NCBI RefSeq assembly: GCF_006345805.1
Contig: NW_021834152.1
Coordinates: 1-51,563 of the forward strand
DNA: 51,563 nt
Source: Octopus sinensis
Taxonomy: Eukaryota
Direction: 5' to 3'
Shown here: one piece after another, positions 24,576-38,575 of the stretch
How positions within the stretch are numbered: the stretch's first letter is position 1
Layout: each line of letters starts with the position of its first letter
Position numbers and translations under genes: made by a program
Notes under the pieces: generated by a model
What the model saw: only the letters and a program-made list of their open reading frames with translations
Databases searched by the model: none
What the model was told of the DNA's origin: nothing

Positions 24576-25530
24576 AACATATAGCTTTTATCTTTTACTT
24601 GTTTCAGTCATTAGACTGTGGCCATGCTAGGGTACCATCTTGAAATATTTTAGTCTAAGAAATTTTCCTCAGTATTTATTTTTTATGGTTTTATGGTTTT
24701 CATTCTACCTGAGTCCTTTTACTGAATTGCTAAGTCACAGGGATGTCAATACATCAACACCGGTTATCAAGCTGTGAAAGAGGACAAACATAGACACAAA
24801 CACACAAACACACATAAACACACACACACACACACACATGCACACGACCAGCTTCTTTCAATTTTCCTCTACCAAATCCACCCACAAGGCTTTTGTTGGC
24901 CCAAGGTTTTTGCAGAAGTTTTTGCCCAAGGTGCCATGCAATAAGGCTGAACCTAGAACCATGTTGTTGGGAAGCAAGCATATTATATGCCATGTATCAT
25001 AAAAAGCACTATAAAGTGAGACATGTAACCATAGATTTACAGGAAAATGCAGAGAGGAAATTCTGCTTACAGTTGAAACTGGTATTGATTACTTATGTTA
25101 TGGATTCTTTGAAGAATTTCTTTTATTGTCTTTTTTTTTGGTCACACTGATAGTTACAGGGATGTAAATGCACCAAAACCAAAACCAATTATACCTGGGT
25201 ATAAAAGAATGACCCAGTTTCAAATCCTGCTGGAGACAGGATTCTGGAAAGCAACAGGAGGATACCTAGGAGCTATGACCTGGGTGGGCCTAGTTCCTGT
25301 AAAATGTCAGGTATAAGGGCCAAAATATTTGTTGGATGGGAGTTCTTCCTCTGAAGATCTCTCCTTGTGTGTGCTCACTCTGTGTCAAGTTTCAGTCCAC
25401 CAGGCCACTCTGACTAATGAAGGAACAAGTTCTCTTCCTTTTTATTCCAGTAAATAATCAATGGAATTCATAACTGAGTTCATGGGTCATTCCTCTTCAC
25501 CCATATCCACAAGCTTCTTACCTCACAATC

Positions 25531-26167
25531 ATACCTATTTCTTTACTACCCACAGGGGCTAAACACAGAGAGGACAAACAAGGACAGACAAATGGATTAA
25601 GTCGATTATATCGACCCCAGTGCATAACTGGTACTTAATTTATCGACCCCGAAAGGATGAAAGGTAAAGTTGACCTCGGCGGAATTTGAACTCAGAACGT
25701 AACAGCAGACGAAATACATATTTCTCTACTACCCACAAGGGGCTAAACAAAGAGGGGAGAAACAAGGACAGACAAAGAGATTAAGTTGATTACGTCGACT
25801 CCAGTGTGTAACTGGTACTTAATTTATCGACCCCGAAAGGATGAAAAGCAAAGTTGACCACGGCGGAATTTGAACTCAGAACGTAACGACAGACGAAATA
25901 CAGCTACGCATTTCACCCGGCGTGCTAACGTTTCTTATTTCTTTATTGCCCACAAGGGGCTAAACATAGAGGGGACAGAAAAGGACAGACAAACGGATTA
26001 AGTCGATTACGTCGACTCCAGTGCGTAACTGGTACTTAATTTATCGACCCCGAAAGGATGAAAGGCAAAGTTGACCTCGGCGGAATTTGAACTCAGAACG
26101 TAACGACAAACGAAAAACGGCTAAGCATTTCGCCCGGTGTGCTAACGTTTCTGCCAGCTCGCCGCCT
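25531..26167 (-). repeat. Tandem array of three family A SINE units
   Basis: Units start at about 25531, 25716 and 25935, with the same module as 7623-8345. Confidence 0.92.
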
Positions 26168-26438
26168 GTGCCACAGTTTATTTAATATGCAGGAAGAGGT
26201 CCAAAATTTTCCGGAAAGAGTTATCTGTAATAGTTGGGAAGCAATAGCAGGAGAATATTTAACAATCCCCAGTATTTAGAAAAAAAAAACAGAGCACATG
26301 GAATCAGCTGCATCTTTATAGCTTGCTTAGAGAATTGGCTTTAACTTTATCACACTTGTTAAAATACTTCCTCAACCGATAAAACTATAAATGAGAGGAG
26401 TAAAAAATGTATAAATACAATTAAAAAAAAAATTATTA

Positions 26439-26471
<33 letters not shown>

Positions 26472-26720
26472 GTAAACAAAAATAAGGGAGAAAAGTATCT
26501 ACCAAAACACCTTGAATATTTAACGAAGGAAATTTTCTTATTGAGAAAATAGAATTCCATTTTGTTGTTTTTCATTTAATGAAAATCTAAAGCTTATTTT
26601 AGCTTTGCTTTCAGATGAGAATAAGAGGTGTGGAGATAAATTTCCAAAACTGCAGTAAGAGGGAAAAACTAACTTATTTGAATGCATACACACACACACA
26701 CACAAACACCACACACAAAC

Positions 26721-26771
<51 letters not shown>

Positions 26772-26801
26772 GCGTATATATATTATATATGTGTGTGCAT
26801 A

Positions 26802-26848
<47 letters not shown>

Positions 26849-26874
26849 ATATATATATATATATAATATATATT

Positions 26875-26905
<31 letters not shown>

Positions 26906-27146
26906 CAAAGAATAGTTTTACCATTTTTATCAGAATTTTATACTATTTTATTCTAATGAAATACTACAAAAAGTAATGAAGAGACTTAAAATAAAAAAAA
27001 AGCAAGACAATAAAGAATGTATTTATTTATAATTTTTTTCATTTGTTTTGATAAATCTTCAAGAAATTTGTAAAATAAAACTAAATCAAAATAATATACG
27101 CATGTGACTGTATATGTGTGATTGAGCATATATGTGTGTGTATGTA

Positions 27147-27209
<63 letters not shown>

Positions 27210-27213
27210 GGAC

Positions 27214-27260
<47 letters not shown>

Positions 27261-27420
27261 CATATATAAATATGTATACACTAGTATGAAATAGAATGAA
27301 TGCTCAACACTACATTGGTAGATAAATATTCTTTATTTGATATATACATGTATATATTTGCATATATGTTTGAATGTGTGTATACATGAGCGCATATGTA
27401 TGTGTGTGTAAGTACACATG

Positions 27421-27453
<33 letters not shown>

Positions 27454-27477
27454 GCACATGTATGTGTGTGTGTATCG

Positions 27478-27533
<56 letters not shown>

Positions 27534-27759
27534 TGAAATTAACAATTTTAAACAATTGTATTGTGAGTTTATTTCAAATGTTTATCAATTTGTTTGTAAG
27601 GCTTTTTCTTTCACTTACCTTTTGTTTGAAAATATCAATTTACTCCATCAACATCTTTTAAATACGTAGGTATACGTGTTTTTTTGATATAACATACATG
27701 CATTACACACACACACCATACATTTATATATGTAATATATAATATATATATATTATTGG

Positions 27760-28291
27760 TGAATTGAAGAAAATGGAGCTGAACGCAGATTGAACAGAAA
27801 ATCGTTTTATTTCATTCTACACGTGTTCGAAAGGCACAAAATTACCAAAATCCGATTGAATAATGGGACCATATGTGTCTTTTCTTCAGGAAGAAAAAAG
27901 GAAATCCGTTGAAAAACAAAAAAACAGAACAGAGGCGGAACAAAAAAACAAATCGAACTGTGCTCTTAAGAGCCCATGGCGAAACTGTTATCATTGTATG
28001 TTGAGAACCGGTGGCTGAAGAATTCAACGGGTCAGGCATCGGTCAATCATGTGGGTGAGGGTGTATAGATGTTCTTTGTGACCGAGAATAAAGTTCTGAC
28101 TATTTAAGGAATATTGGATGTTTATGAGGGGCGATAAAAAATCTACTTAGAGACGTGTGGTGTGTGTATACTGGTCTATATATGTGTGTGTTGGCGTAGG
28201 GGTAGAAAAATTTTTTGTGTACGTGGGTGTGCGTTTGATCGTTCGGCTGTCAGTGGCTACTGCCGTGATACCCCGTTGGGTGGCGAAAGAA

Positions 28292-28322
<31 letters not shown>

Positions 28323-29505
28323 TATGTTTTATGTGTGTGTGTGTTCATCTAAGCCTGCCTTGTCAAGGAAACCCCCCGCTGTGAAAAAACCAAGCCCCGT
28401 TTGTCTTACAGGAGTAATTCCCCTTGCGTGGTTAATCGTAGATATCTTAAGGCGTTCAGAATTTGTTACCAAGGGCTATGGGTGCCGGTATTATTTTATA
28501 AACGCTATTTAAGGCCAGATAAGTGTAACGCCGCCAATGGGGGCATCGAAAAGCCGACTGTAAGAGCCCGTTTACCATCGGCCTCTGGCAAACAAAAATA
28601 TGGAAGAGTTCGGGACACAAAGGTTGCACTGTCTTCTGCCCCTGTCAAATGGGAGGGCCACCGACAAAATTGACCATTCCAGCCTATAGCTTAAGTTCGC
28701 ATTCCTTCAGTCGCCATATTAGCTTACTGAGTACAGTGGTCTGGCGCTTGTCACGTCCCAAAAAGTTGCGTAATGTTGGAGACACGCAAAGACAATCTTG
28801 AGGATGATGCCCCTACATAAGTGAAGGCATCTGAGTCCGTGTAAACCTTGCATTGGTAGACGGTCGTTTTTGATCTTGGAGTTCACCGACGTGAATCTTA
28901 ATCTGCTAGGATTAGTTTCTGAAATTAGAACTGCGTTCCTGTCACTATATTCGTTCCGAGACCTGCAGCCGTTACTACTCTATTTTCCACTACGTCACTA
29001 TTGACTATAGGAATAACCCTGATTCTCCACTATCTATCAGAGTGCTGTCCTTGCTACTGCCCGTGGTACTGCTATTGCGGGAAATGATGCTGGGGATGCT
29101 AATGGGGCTCTCTACCCTACTCCCATTGTTACCGTAACCACAACACCACTATTTATAAATATACCCCTAGTGGGTACTCCCTGGCTGGAGCTGAGATTAT
29201 GTGTCACTGTATGCTCTCATATCATTATACTACTATAATTATTCCTAATGAGCATTAAACCGGGAGGGGAAGAGGTTGTGCCTCCGGGAAAAAAGGGATA
29301 GGGTCTTAGTAAAGTGCTATTATTAGTATGGGAGGCGCTTATCTGGGCGAGGGTTTTTTAGTGTGGGAAAGAAAGCTATCCTAACTTTATGTGAGTTAAC
29401 CGTGGATAATAATTTGGAATTTCTGGGGAAGTTATTGGCGATGGCTTGTCTAAACACTAAGGTATCGGTTAAACTTTTGATTAATCTACTACAAGATTAT
29501 TCATC
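27760..29505 (-). mobile_element. 5'-truncated, decayed Penelope-like retroelement: RT thumb/linker, GIY-YIG endonuclease and 3' pLTR with hammerhead remnant
   Basis: Minus frames, with frameshifts: NFPRNSKLLSTVNSHKVRIAFFPTLKN (~29430); VYQCKV..TYVGAS (28861-28805); TTVLSKLIWRLKE; YRLEWSIL..RQCNLC (28628-28617); RCPH (~28545). Hammerhead-like fold at 27815-27892. Confidence 0.85.
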
Positions 29506-30249
29506 TCTATTTAACTAATATATATTATTATATATACATTATACATGTATACATATATATATTTATATTTGCACACACATGCATATATACACTTATACAT
29601 ACATAAGTTATCTAATACTCTACAAGCCAGATAAAAAGTATTTATATCTTAGCTAGTAAAGTCCATCTATTATCATAATAATTATTCAAATATATTATAG
29701 TCGTATAATAGCCAGATTACCAACTGGTTTCATACCAGTGGTGGAAAGCCAGCTCTGGTAATCACCAGAAATGGTATGTGTGTCTAAGGGCTAGTATAAA
29801 AAATAAATTGGCAAGAAATCCATCACAGAAATAATTCTGGTCAAATGCAAGCAAAAAAAAAAAAAAAAGAAGGAAGAAATATTTAGTCCATTGCAGTTAT
29901 GTCTCTTGGACTGAGACTAAAGAAGCTACTTTGGTATATGATGTATTTGCTTGTAGGAGAGAGGTTGAGGCAAGGGCAGGGTTGTATATCTATATTGAAA
30001 CAGTGCAGGTGTACCTTAGCAAACTGGCTAATAGACAAGATATCTGAGAGGAGCAAAATATTACAACTCTAGGCTAGCATTTATGGACATTGAAAGAAAA
30101 TGTTTCACATTGCAACATCAAGTGGAGGATGCTGGAAACTTTCAAAACCTTATTGTAACAGCAGCAGAAGATGAAGGCTCTGCTTGGCTGAGAAAAGAAT
30201 TGTAATATGACTGACTGGATTATAAATATAGAAGGCTTGGTAAACCATC

Positions 30250-30745
30250 GCTATTCTTCGGCCTGTTTGGAAGTCCACTGACATCTCAACTCGAACTAAA
30301 CTTCACTTATTTAGTTCAAACGTAAAATCTGCTTTTGTACGGCTCTGAAACTTGGAGAGCCACCTGCAGCAACTACAAGAAGATCCAGACCTTCATCTCC
30401 AGCAGATCCTCTATCTGAACTGGTTTGACAGAGTGCCAAACACTGACCCATGGGCTAACCAGGAGCCCATACATGTTCAGATTAGATGAAGGAAATGGAG
30501 ATGGACAGGACACACACTGCGGAAAGAACCCTCAAATGTGACATGACAACCACTTGACTGGAACTCATAGGGGGAAAGGAAGCGAGGACGTCTGAAGCAG
30601 ACATGGAAGCGGAGCATTTTGGACGAGCTCAGGACCACCGGCCTGACATGGGAAGCAGCCACGAAACACGCCAATGACCGCAAAACATGGAAAACAACTG
30701 TTGAGGCCCTATGCTCCAGAAGGGGCAAAGAGTATTAAGAGAGAG
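30250..30745 (+). mobile_element. RTE-clade LINE 3' fragment (decayed RT C-terminus)
   Basis: Reads AILRPVWKSTDISTRTKLHLFSSNVKS/LYGSETW...RKWRWTGHTLRK...WN..GERKRGRLKQTW...ALCSRRGKEY*, with frameshifts and CGA>TGA stops. Confidence 0.9.
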
Positions 30746-30844
30746 TATGCCACTGACTGTATTTGGAAAGGTGAAGTCAAAGTTAAGCTTGGAGGGGTTC
30801 TGGATTTAGCAGAACAAAGGGCCAGGACGATGGCGATAAGGCAT

Positions 30845-31165
30845 TAGGAAGCATTCCGTCGGTTACGACGACGAGGGTTTCGGTTGATCCGATCAATGGA
30901 ACAGCCTGCTCATGAAATTAACGTGTGAGTGGCTGAGCACTCCACAGACAAGTGTACCCTTAACGTAGTTCTCGGGGATATTCAGCGTGACACAGAGAGT
31001 GACAAGGCTGGTCCTTTGAAATACAGGTACAACAGAAACAGAAAGTAAGAGTGAGAGAAAGTTGTTGTGAAAGAGTACAGCAGGGTTCACCACCACCCCC
31101 TGCCGGAGCCTCGTGGAGCTTTTAGGTGTTTTCGCTCAATAAACACTCACAATGCCCGGTCTGGA
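30845..31165 (-). mobile_element. SINE (head-truncated); same family as 48073-48440(+) and 7515-7622(-)
   Basis: Shared GTGGCTGAGCACTCCACAGACA-GTGTACCCTTAAC body. Confidence 0.8.
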
Positions 31166-31539
31166 TAAGGCATATGCCCAGTGCTCTGACAAGGTTCTGC
31201 CACACAATATATAGCTATGAATGCACAAGACCATACTGTCAAAACGTAGAATGATCACAAATGGAATGCCTTTTGATCATACGACTCCTGGATAAGGACT
31301 GTCCGACCTGGGGCTAAACAACAAAGAGAGTAAGGAAATGATAGATGTAGATATAAATAATGAGAGGAAGTAACTATGGAATAAAGAAGAGAATATAAAC
31401 GAACAACAATAAAGTTGATTGGATTGAAGGGGGGATGGGGTGAGGTGCATGTGGGTGTGTGGGTGTTATTTAAATGACAAAACTGCAATCTGTCAATTGC
31501 AGAAGGTTCTGGAAGATTTCTGTATTTAGAACATTCTTG

Positions 31540-32676
31540 AAGATAATGGGTTGGTATTGTTCATGGTGGAGATGGTGATGGAGGTGGTATTGATCTTCAT
31601 AGTGGTGGTGGTGGTGGTTGTGGTGGTGGCTGGTATTGTTCTTGGTGTGTGTGTGTGGGGGGGTGATGGTGGTGATAATAATGGTGGTGATGATGGTGGT
31701 GCTGACGATGGTGGTGGCACTGGTGGTGGTGGTGGTATTGTTCTTGATGGGGGATGGTGATGGAGGTGGTTGTATTGTCTTTTAGGTAGGAGGAGACGAC
31801 GATTGTGGTGGTGGTTGGTTTTGTTCTTAGTTGAAGTGGCGATGGTGACGGTGTAGGGATGGGAGGTATTGTTCATGATGGTGATGGTGGTGGGGGCGGC
31901 AGTGGTAGTATTGTTTTTGGTGGAAGGGGATGATGATGATGACGACGACGATGATGATGATGATGATTGTGGTGGCTGGTTTTGTTCTCAGTGGAAGTGG
32001 TGATAGCGTTGGTGGTGGTGGTGGTGGTGGCGGTGGTATTCCTCTTGATGGGGATGTAGATGGTGATGGAGGTGGTATTGTTCTTGATTGAGTGATGATG
32101 GTAATATCAGTGCTATAGAGAAGGCGGCGGCCGGCTGGCAGAACTGTTAGCATGCTGGGCAAAAATTCTTAGTGGTATTTCATCTGTCTTGACAATCTGT
32201 GTTCAAATTCTGCTCAGGTTGACTTTGCCTTTCATCTGTTTGGTGAACCCTAACCCTAACCCTAACCCTAACCTGGCCTTAAGCCAAAATTTGGAACTAA
32301 TATTAGTGTCGTTATGAAAGTGGTGAGCTGGGAAAAATACTTAGCATCATTTTGTCCATTGTAAGTTCAAATTTCACCTAGGTTGACTTCACTCTTCATC
32401 CTTTCGGGGTCAATAAAAAAGTACCAGCTGAGCACTGGGATTGATTTAATTGACTTACCCCACCCCCAAAATTGCTGGCCTTGTGTCAAAATTTTAAAAC
32501 TAATAGGCATAGGAGTGGCTGTGTGGTAAGTAGCTTGCTTACCAGTCACATGGTTCCAGGTTCAGTCCCACTGCTTGGCACCTTGGGCAAGTGTCTTCTA
32601 CTATAGCCTCGGGTCGACCAAAGCCTTGTGAGTGGGTTTGGTAGACGGAAACTGAAAGAAGCCCGTCGTATATATG

Positions 32677-32709
<33 letters not shown>

Positions 32710-33960
32710 TTGTGTGTGTGTGTTTGTGTGTGTTTGTATGTTTGTGTGTCTGTGTTTGTCCCCACCAACATCACTTGACAACTGATGCTGGTGTGTTTAC
32801 TTCCCCGTAACTTCGCAGTTCGGCAAAAGAAACCGATAGAATAAGTACTAGGCTTACAAAGAATAAGTCCTGGGGTCGATTTGCTCGACCGAAGGTGATG
32901 TTCCAGCATGGCCACAGTCAAATGACTGAAACAAGTAAAAGAGTAATAGTAGTGCCATTGGGAAGATGGCAAGCTGACATAATCGTTGGCACACTGGTCA
33001 AACTGCTTAGCGGCATTTCATCTGTCTGTACATTTTGAGTTCAAATTCCACCTAGGTTTGACCTTGTTTTTCATTCTTCCAGGGTCGATAAAAAAAGTAC
33101 CAGCTGAGCAGTGGGGTCGATGTAATTGACTTAACCACTTCCCACCAAAAATTGCTGACCTTGTGCCAAAATCCGAAACCATAATGAGTGGTATGGTTGG
33201 TCAGTGATATTGATTGTGGTGATGGTGATGATATAGGTATGGAGGTATTGTTCAGATGGTGAAGGTGGTATCGATGGTGGTGGCAGTGGTGGTATTGTTT
33301 TTGGTGGGAGGGGATGATGATGATGATAATGATTATGATGATGATTGTGGTGGCTGGTTTTGTTATTAGTGGATATGGTGATGGTGACAGTGAAGGTGGG
33401 GAACTATACAGTTTGAGTTCAAATTCCACCTAGGTTTGACTTTGTTTTTCATTCTTCCAGGGTCGATAAAAAAAGTACCAGCTGAGCAGCGGGGTCGATG
33501 TAATTGACTTAACTACTTCCCACCAAAAATTGCTGGCCTTGTGCCAAAATCCGAAACCATTATTAGTGGTATGGGTGGTCAGTGATATTGATATAGATGT
33601 TGTTTGTGATAATGATGACAATGATGGTGGTGGCTGTGGTGGTTGTGGTGGTGGTGGTGTATTTGGTGAGAAGGATGGTGGCATTGATGAAGGGAATGGC
33701 AATATTAATGACCATTGGTAGTAATAGCAGAGCTGATGGTGATGGTTGTGGAGGTAGTGGAGATGGTGGCGATGGTGAGGTTTGTTGTGGCAGTGACTAG
33801 GGTGATGGTGGTGGAGATGATACTTGTGGTGATGGAGTTGGTGATTATGATGGAAGCAGTAGTGATGGCCATGGCTAGGGGATTAGTGGTGGTGGTGGTG
33901 GTGGTGATTAAGTTGTAATAATATTGTAAATTTGGTGATGATGATAATGATGATGATGAT
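31540..33960. repeat. Complex GGT/GAT-rich minisatellite region with locally duplicated SINE blocks
   Basis: Recurrent cores GGTATTGTTC and GATTGTGGTGGCTGGTTTTGTT. A ~190-bp block is repeated at 33037 and 33415 (period 378). Confidence 0.85.
32246..32273 (-). repeat. Interstitial telomere-like (TTAGGG)4+ tract
   Basis: Plus strand reads (AACCCT)4AACC. Confidence 0.85.
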
Positions 33961-35249
33961 AGAGGTGAGAGAGGTAGCGAGGTTGTTGGTGTTAATGATG
34001 AGGGCTTTAATTACATAATTAAAAATATACTCTGTATACATGTGGCTGTATGGCAAGAAGTTTGCTTCTCAGTCGCATGGTTTTGGGATCAGTACCACTG
34101 CACGGCACCTTAGGCAAGTGTCTTTTACTATAGCCCTAGACTGATCAAAACCCTGTGAGTGGAAACTAAAAGAAGCCTGTCATATGTGTGTGTGTGTGTG
34201 CGTGTGTGTGTGTGCGTGCGTGCGTGCGTGTGTGTTTGTGTTTGGCTCTTACCACTGCTTGACGACCATTCTTGGTTTGTTCATGTCCTTCGTCACTTAA
34301 CAGTTCAGCTAAAAGTGACTCTAAAAAATAAGTACTGGGGTTGATTTGTTCAACTATACTCTTCAGGGTGGAGGCACATGGCCTAGTGGTTAGAGCAGTG
34401 GACTTGCAGTCGAAGGATCTCAGGTTTGAATCTCAGACCGGGCGATGTGTGTGTTTTATGACTGAAACACCTAAGCTCTACCTGGCTCCAGCAGAAGGTA
34501 ATGGCAAACTTCTGCTGACTCTTCTGCCACAACTTTCTTTCATTCTTTCCTTCTGCATTTAGCAGCTCACCTGTGACAGTGAAACCAGGAAACCAGCCCT
34601 TATGAGCCAGGCATGGCTCAAAAACAAACAAACAAACAACAACATACACTCTAATGTGATGCTCCAGCATTGCCACTGTCCAATGACTGATACAAGTAAG
34701 GAACATAAGAAGCCAGAAGACATGTCGAACAAACATAACAACGATTTCTCAGATTTCTTTTGGAATGTAGGATCAGAGTTCAAATTAAGCTTGATCCAAT
34801 TCTGTTTTTCCTTCTCAGAGGTTTTTGATAAAATAAGTGAAGAGCTTGGATTAATAAACTAACTGAATAATTCTTATAAATGTGTAATATTCTGTTCATC
34901 TTATCAACTTTTATTATTAGGGATTTAAAAGATAGGACGAAATAATAACTGTATTGTTTGTGTAGATTTCTTAGATTATATGAGTGCTCTTATTCCTTTC
35001 CAATCTTCTGTGAAAACAGTCCAAGAATGGGGGAATATTACCTTGCTTGAAAGCGGGTTCAGCTTGGGTTGGTGAAAGGAAGGAAGGGAATTTGGCCATA
35101 GACAATCTCTTTCAAATTGTTTCATGCGATCCATGCAAGTATGGAAACATGAATGCCAAAATAATGATGTTAAAGACGATGACAATAATGTAGATACACA
35201 TAGAGAGCGCGGGGGGGGGGGGGGGGAAGAAAGATAGATAGAAAAATAC

Positions 35250-35283
<34 letters not shown>

Positions 35284-35369
35284 GGAGAGATTGAGTATAT
35301 GCAGAAAGAATTGATTTTTATTGAGGGTACAATTCCCCACTTAAACATATACATGTGCATATGCTTGTG

Positions 35370-35410
<41 letters not shown>

Positions 35411-35994
35411 ATATGTATATTTGTGTGTGTGTGAGTAAGATATATCTATTTATATCCTTCCTTCTGCATGCATGTACATATATTTTTTATGTATATGTGT
35501 GCATGCATGTATATATATATGTATGTACGTATGTATATACGTATGTACGTACGTATGTATGTGTGTATGTATGTATGTATATCAAACAATTTTCTGCTTC
35601 TTTTCACAACTCTGATTGTATATTCAGCTCAAATATTCCAGCAAGTTCTTTGATTGAAAATATCTTTTACGAAACTTATTGTCAATTCTCTCTCTCTAAC
35701 CCCACCCACCCCCATACACTTTCAATCTCTCCCTTCCTCCCCCACTCCCCCACTATCTCTCTCTCTCACTCTTCTTTCATTATCAACTATTTTTTTTTTT
35801 GTTTTCTATTATCAAATGCAATCGGCTGAAGAAAACATGAAACAACGAAAAACAAAAGACAGAAAAACAATGCAGTAAATAAACAAAAAAAAAAAGACAA
35901 AAAAATAAACAAATTAAAGAAGGCAAAAAAAAAAGTAATAATTAAAATAAATGCAAAACTTGACAAGAGAATTACAATTCTTAATACTGAAATT

Positions 35995-36013
35995 ATCATC
36001 ATTATTATCATTA

Positions 36014-36044
<31 letters not shown>

Positions 36045-36049
36045 TATTA

Positions 36050-36094
<45 letters not shown>

Positions 36095-36190
36095 TATTAT
36101 TATTATCATCATTATTATTATTATTATTATTATATCATTATTATTATTATTATTATTATCATTATATTATTATTATTATTATTATCATTA

Positions 36191-36251
<61 letters not shown>

Positions 36252-36301
36252 CATTATTATTATTATTATTATTATCATTATTATTATTATTATTATCATT
36301 A

Positions 36302-36362
<61 letters not shown>

Positions 36363-36373
36363 CATTATTATTA

Positions 36374-36404
<31 letters not shown>

Positions 36405-36457
36405 CATTATTATTATTATTATTATTATCATTATTATTATTATTATTATTATCATTA

Positions 36458-36512
<55 letters not shown>

Positions 36513-36527
36513 CTATTATTATTATTA

Positions 36528-36566
<39 letters not shown>

Positions 36567-36568
36567 TA

Positions 36569-36637
<69 letters not shown>

Positions 36638-36726
36638 CATTATTATTATCATCATTATTATTATTATTATTAATCATTATTATTATTATTATTATTTCAT
36701 TATTATTATTATTATTATTATCATTA

Positions 36727-36763
<37 letters not shown>

Positions 36764-37085
36764 TATTATATTATTATATTATTATCATCATTATTATTAT
36801 TATTATTTATTATTATTATTATTATTATTATCATTTTATTATTATTATCATCATTATTATTATTATTTATTATTATTATTTTCATTATTATTATTATTAT
36901 TATTACCATTTTTATTATTTGTAAAGAATCAAATAAATATTACAATAGGTAAATAAAAAAAACAATTATCATTACTACTACTACTACTATTACCACTACC
37001 ATTATTATTATTATTATTATTTTATTATTATTATCATCATCATCAATATTATTGCCGTTCAGTTATTATCATTATTATCATATTT
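35995..37085. repeat. ~1.1-kb (ATT/ATC)n trinucleotide array
   Basis: Direct reading. ATC interruptions occur roughly every 7-8 units in the central part. An (AAT)/(AAG)/(ATG) array also lies at 43965-44160. Confidence 0.97.
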
Positions 37086-37786
37086 TCAATATAAAATATT
37101 TTAATTTATTTTACTTTTTAAATATTTTCACCCCATCCACAAGTTGCCGTTTCCTTTTATTTATTTTTTTATTTATTTATTTTGTTTTCATTTTGGAGAA
37201 AGGTGTTGTTCGTTGAAGTTGAATTTTTTTCTTGTTTTTTGCTATTTTTGTATTTCTTGTCTTAATACTATTATTAATATTGCCAATATCATCATCATCG
37301 TCATCATCATATCATCATATTTTCATCATTCTCATCCTTGTTGCCCTCTGTATTCTCATAAAAAACAGTAATGATGAAAACAACAACAACAACAACAATA
37401 ATAATAATAATAATCTCTTCCTTACCGCCATCCAAATGAAAGATAATTATAACCATGAAGATTCATTTTCCTCAAAACAAAATTGCCATTACCATCACCA
37501 CCCCCACCACCCCCTCAACAACTACTACTCTTCTTTCTCTTTTTTTTTTACTTTATTACCACATATGATGAAAAGAATTTTTTTTGTTTTTTTTTGTGCC
37601 ACTCCCCATACTTTAGGACTACTCAAAGACAATTGACCTGAGAGGCCATACCTGTCACTAACTGATCAGAAAGCAATTTCTGTTAGTCTTTGAAAAAGGT
37701 GGTTTTTATGTGAGATCAATATTAATACAAGCAGACAGCAGAGAGATCCATCGCACTGTGGTATGATGAACTAACTACTCGATGCC

Positions 37787-38575
37787 TTAACCCTTTCAAT
37801 CCTAACACTCCTGAGATCCACCTTTCTTCTGGTTCTTTCATACTAAACCTCTTGAGGCTGACCTTTCTGACTCATTATCACAAAACCACATGTGATTCAC
37901 TTTTCTGGTTCTACAAGAGAAAGTTGCCTGAGACCCCTTCCCCTTCTTTAGTTCTTTGAAACAAAACTTTCTGAGATTCACCCCACTGGTTCTTTGAAAT
38001 GAAACTTAAGATTCATCATCATTATCATCATCATTTAATTTCCACCATCCATGCTGGCAAGGGTTGGACGATTTGACATGGAGCTGACTAGCAGAGAGCT
38101 GTCCAAACTCCATTCGTCTGTTGTGGCATGGTTTCTATGGCTGGATACCCTTCCTAATGCCAACCACTTAACAGAATGTTCTGGGTGCGTTTTACGTGCT
38201 ATCGGCATTTCTCTGTGTGTTTACTTTTTTTCTTATACAAGACTTCATGGATTTGGTTAAAAAGAGACAATGAGCGATGGCTAGAAGAATATTGAACTTT
38301 ATTTGATAACCAACTGATCTAGCAAGCGGGGCTTCATATCAGTGAGTGGGGCTGGTGCACACCGATGCCGTCAAGAGGTTGGCCCTGAAACGGTGCACAT
38401 TCTCTCCTGATGATCCCATACACTTGCAGGTTTCTGGTATGCAGAGTTTTTGACTGGTAGCACTTGCATGTGCAAGTTGTTTGCAAGACATCAAAAGATC
38501 CAAGATCCACAACCCTGGCCCATGATACAAAACCCCGCTGAGATCTACCTCTCTGGTTCTTTGAAAAACCTGTTT
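37787..38575. mobile_element. TTAA-CCCT-terminated MITE relic with subterminal repeats, split by a family C fragment (38012-38215, minus) and an unassigned segment
   Basis: TTAACCCTTTC at 37787. CTGAGA...GGTTCTTTGAAA-type units occur at ~37811, 37927, 37971 and 38537. Confidence 0.5.

Noticed and set aside
4947-26664. Scattered + strand exon candidates (4947-4969, ~17819-17930, 26625-26664)
   Set aside because: Splice motifs are plausible but the peptides are unrecognisable and their phases do not chain. Not supportable without RNA data.
27975-28030. GAAAC...CTGAAGA on the + strand as a type II hammerhead
   Set aside because: Stems I and II do not pair.
35951-36673. 240-aa poly-Leu, poly-Ile and poly-Asn ORFs
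   Set aside because: Artefacts of the (ATT)n array.
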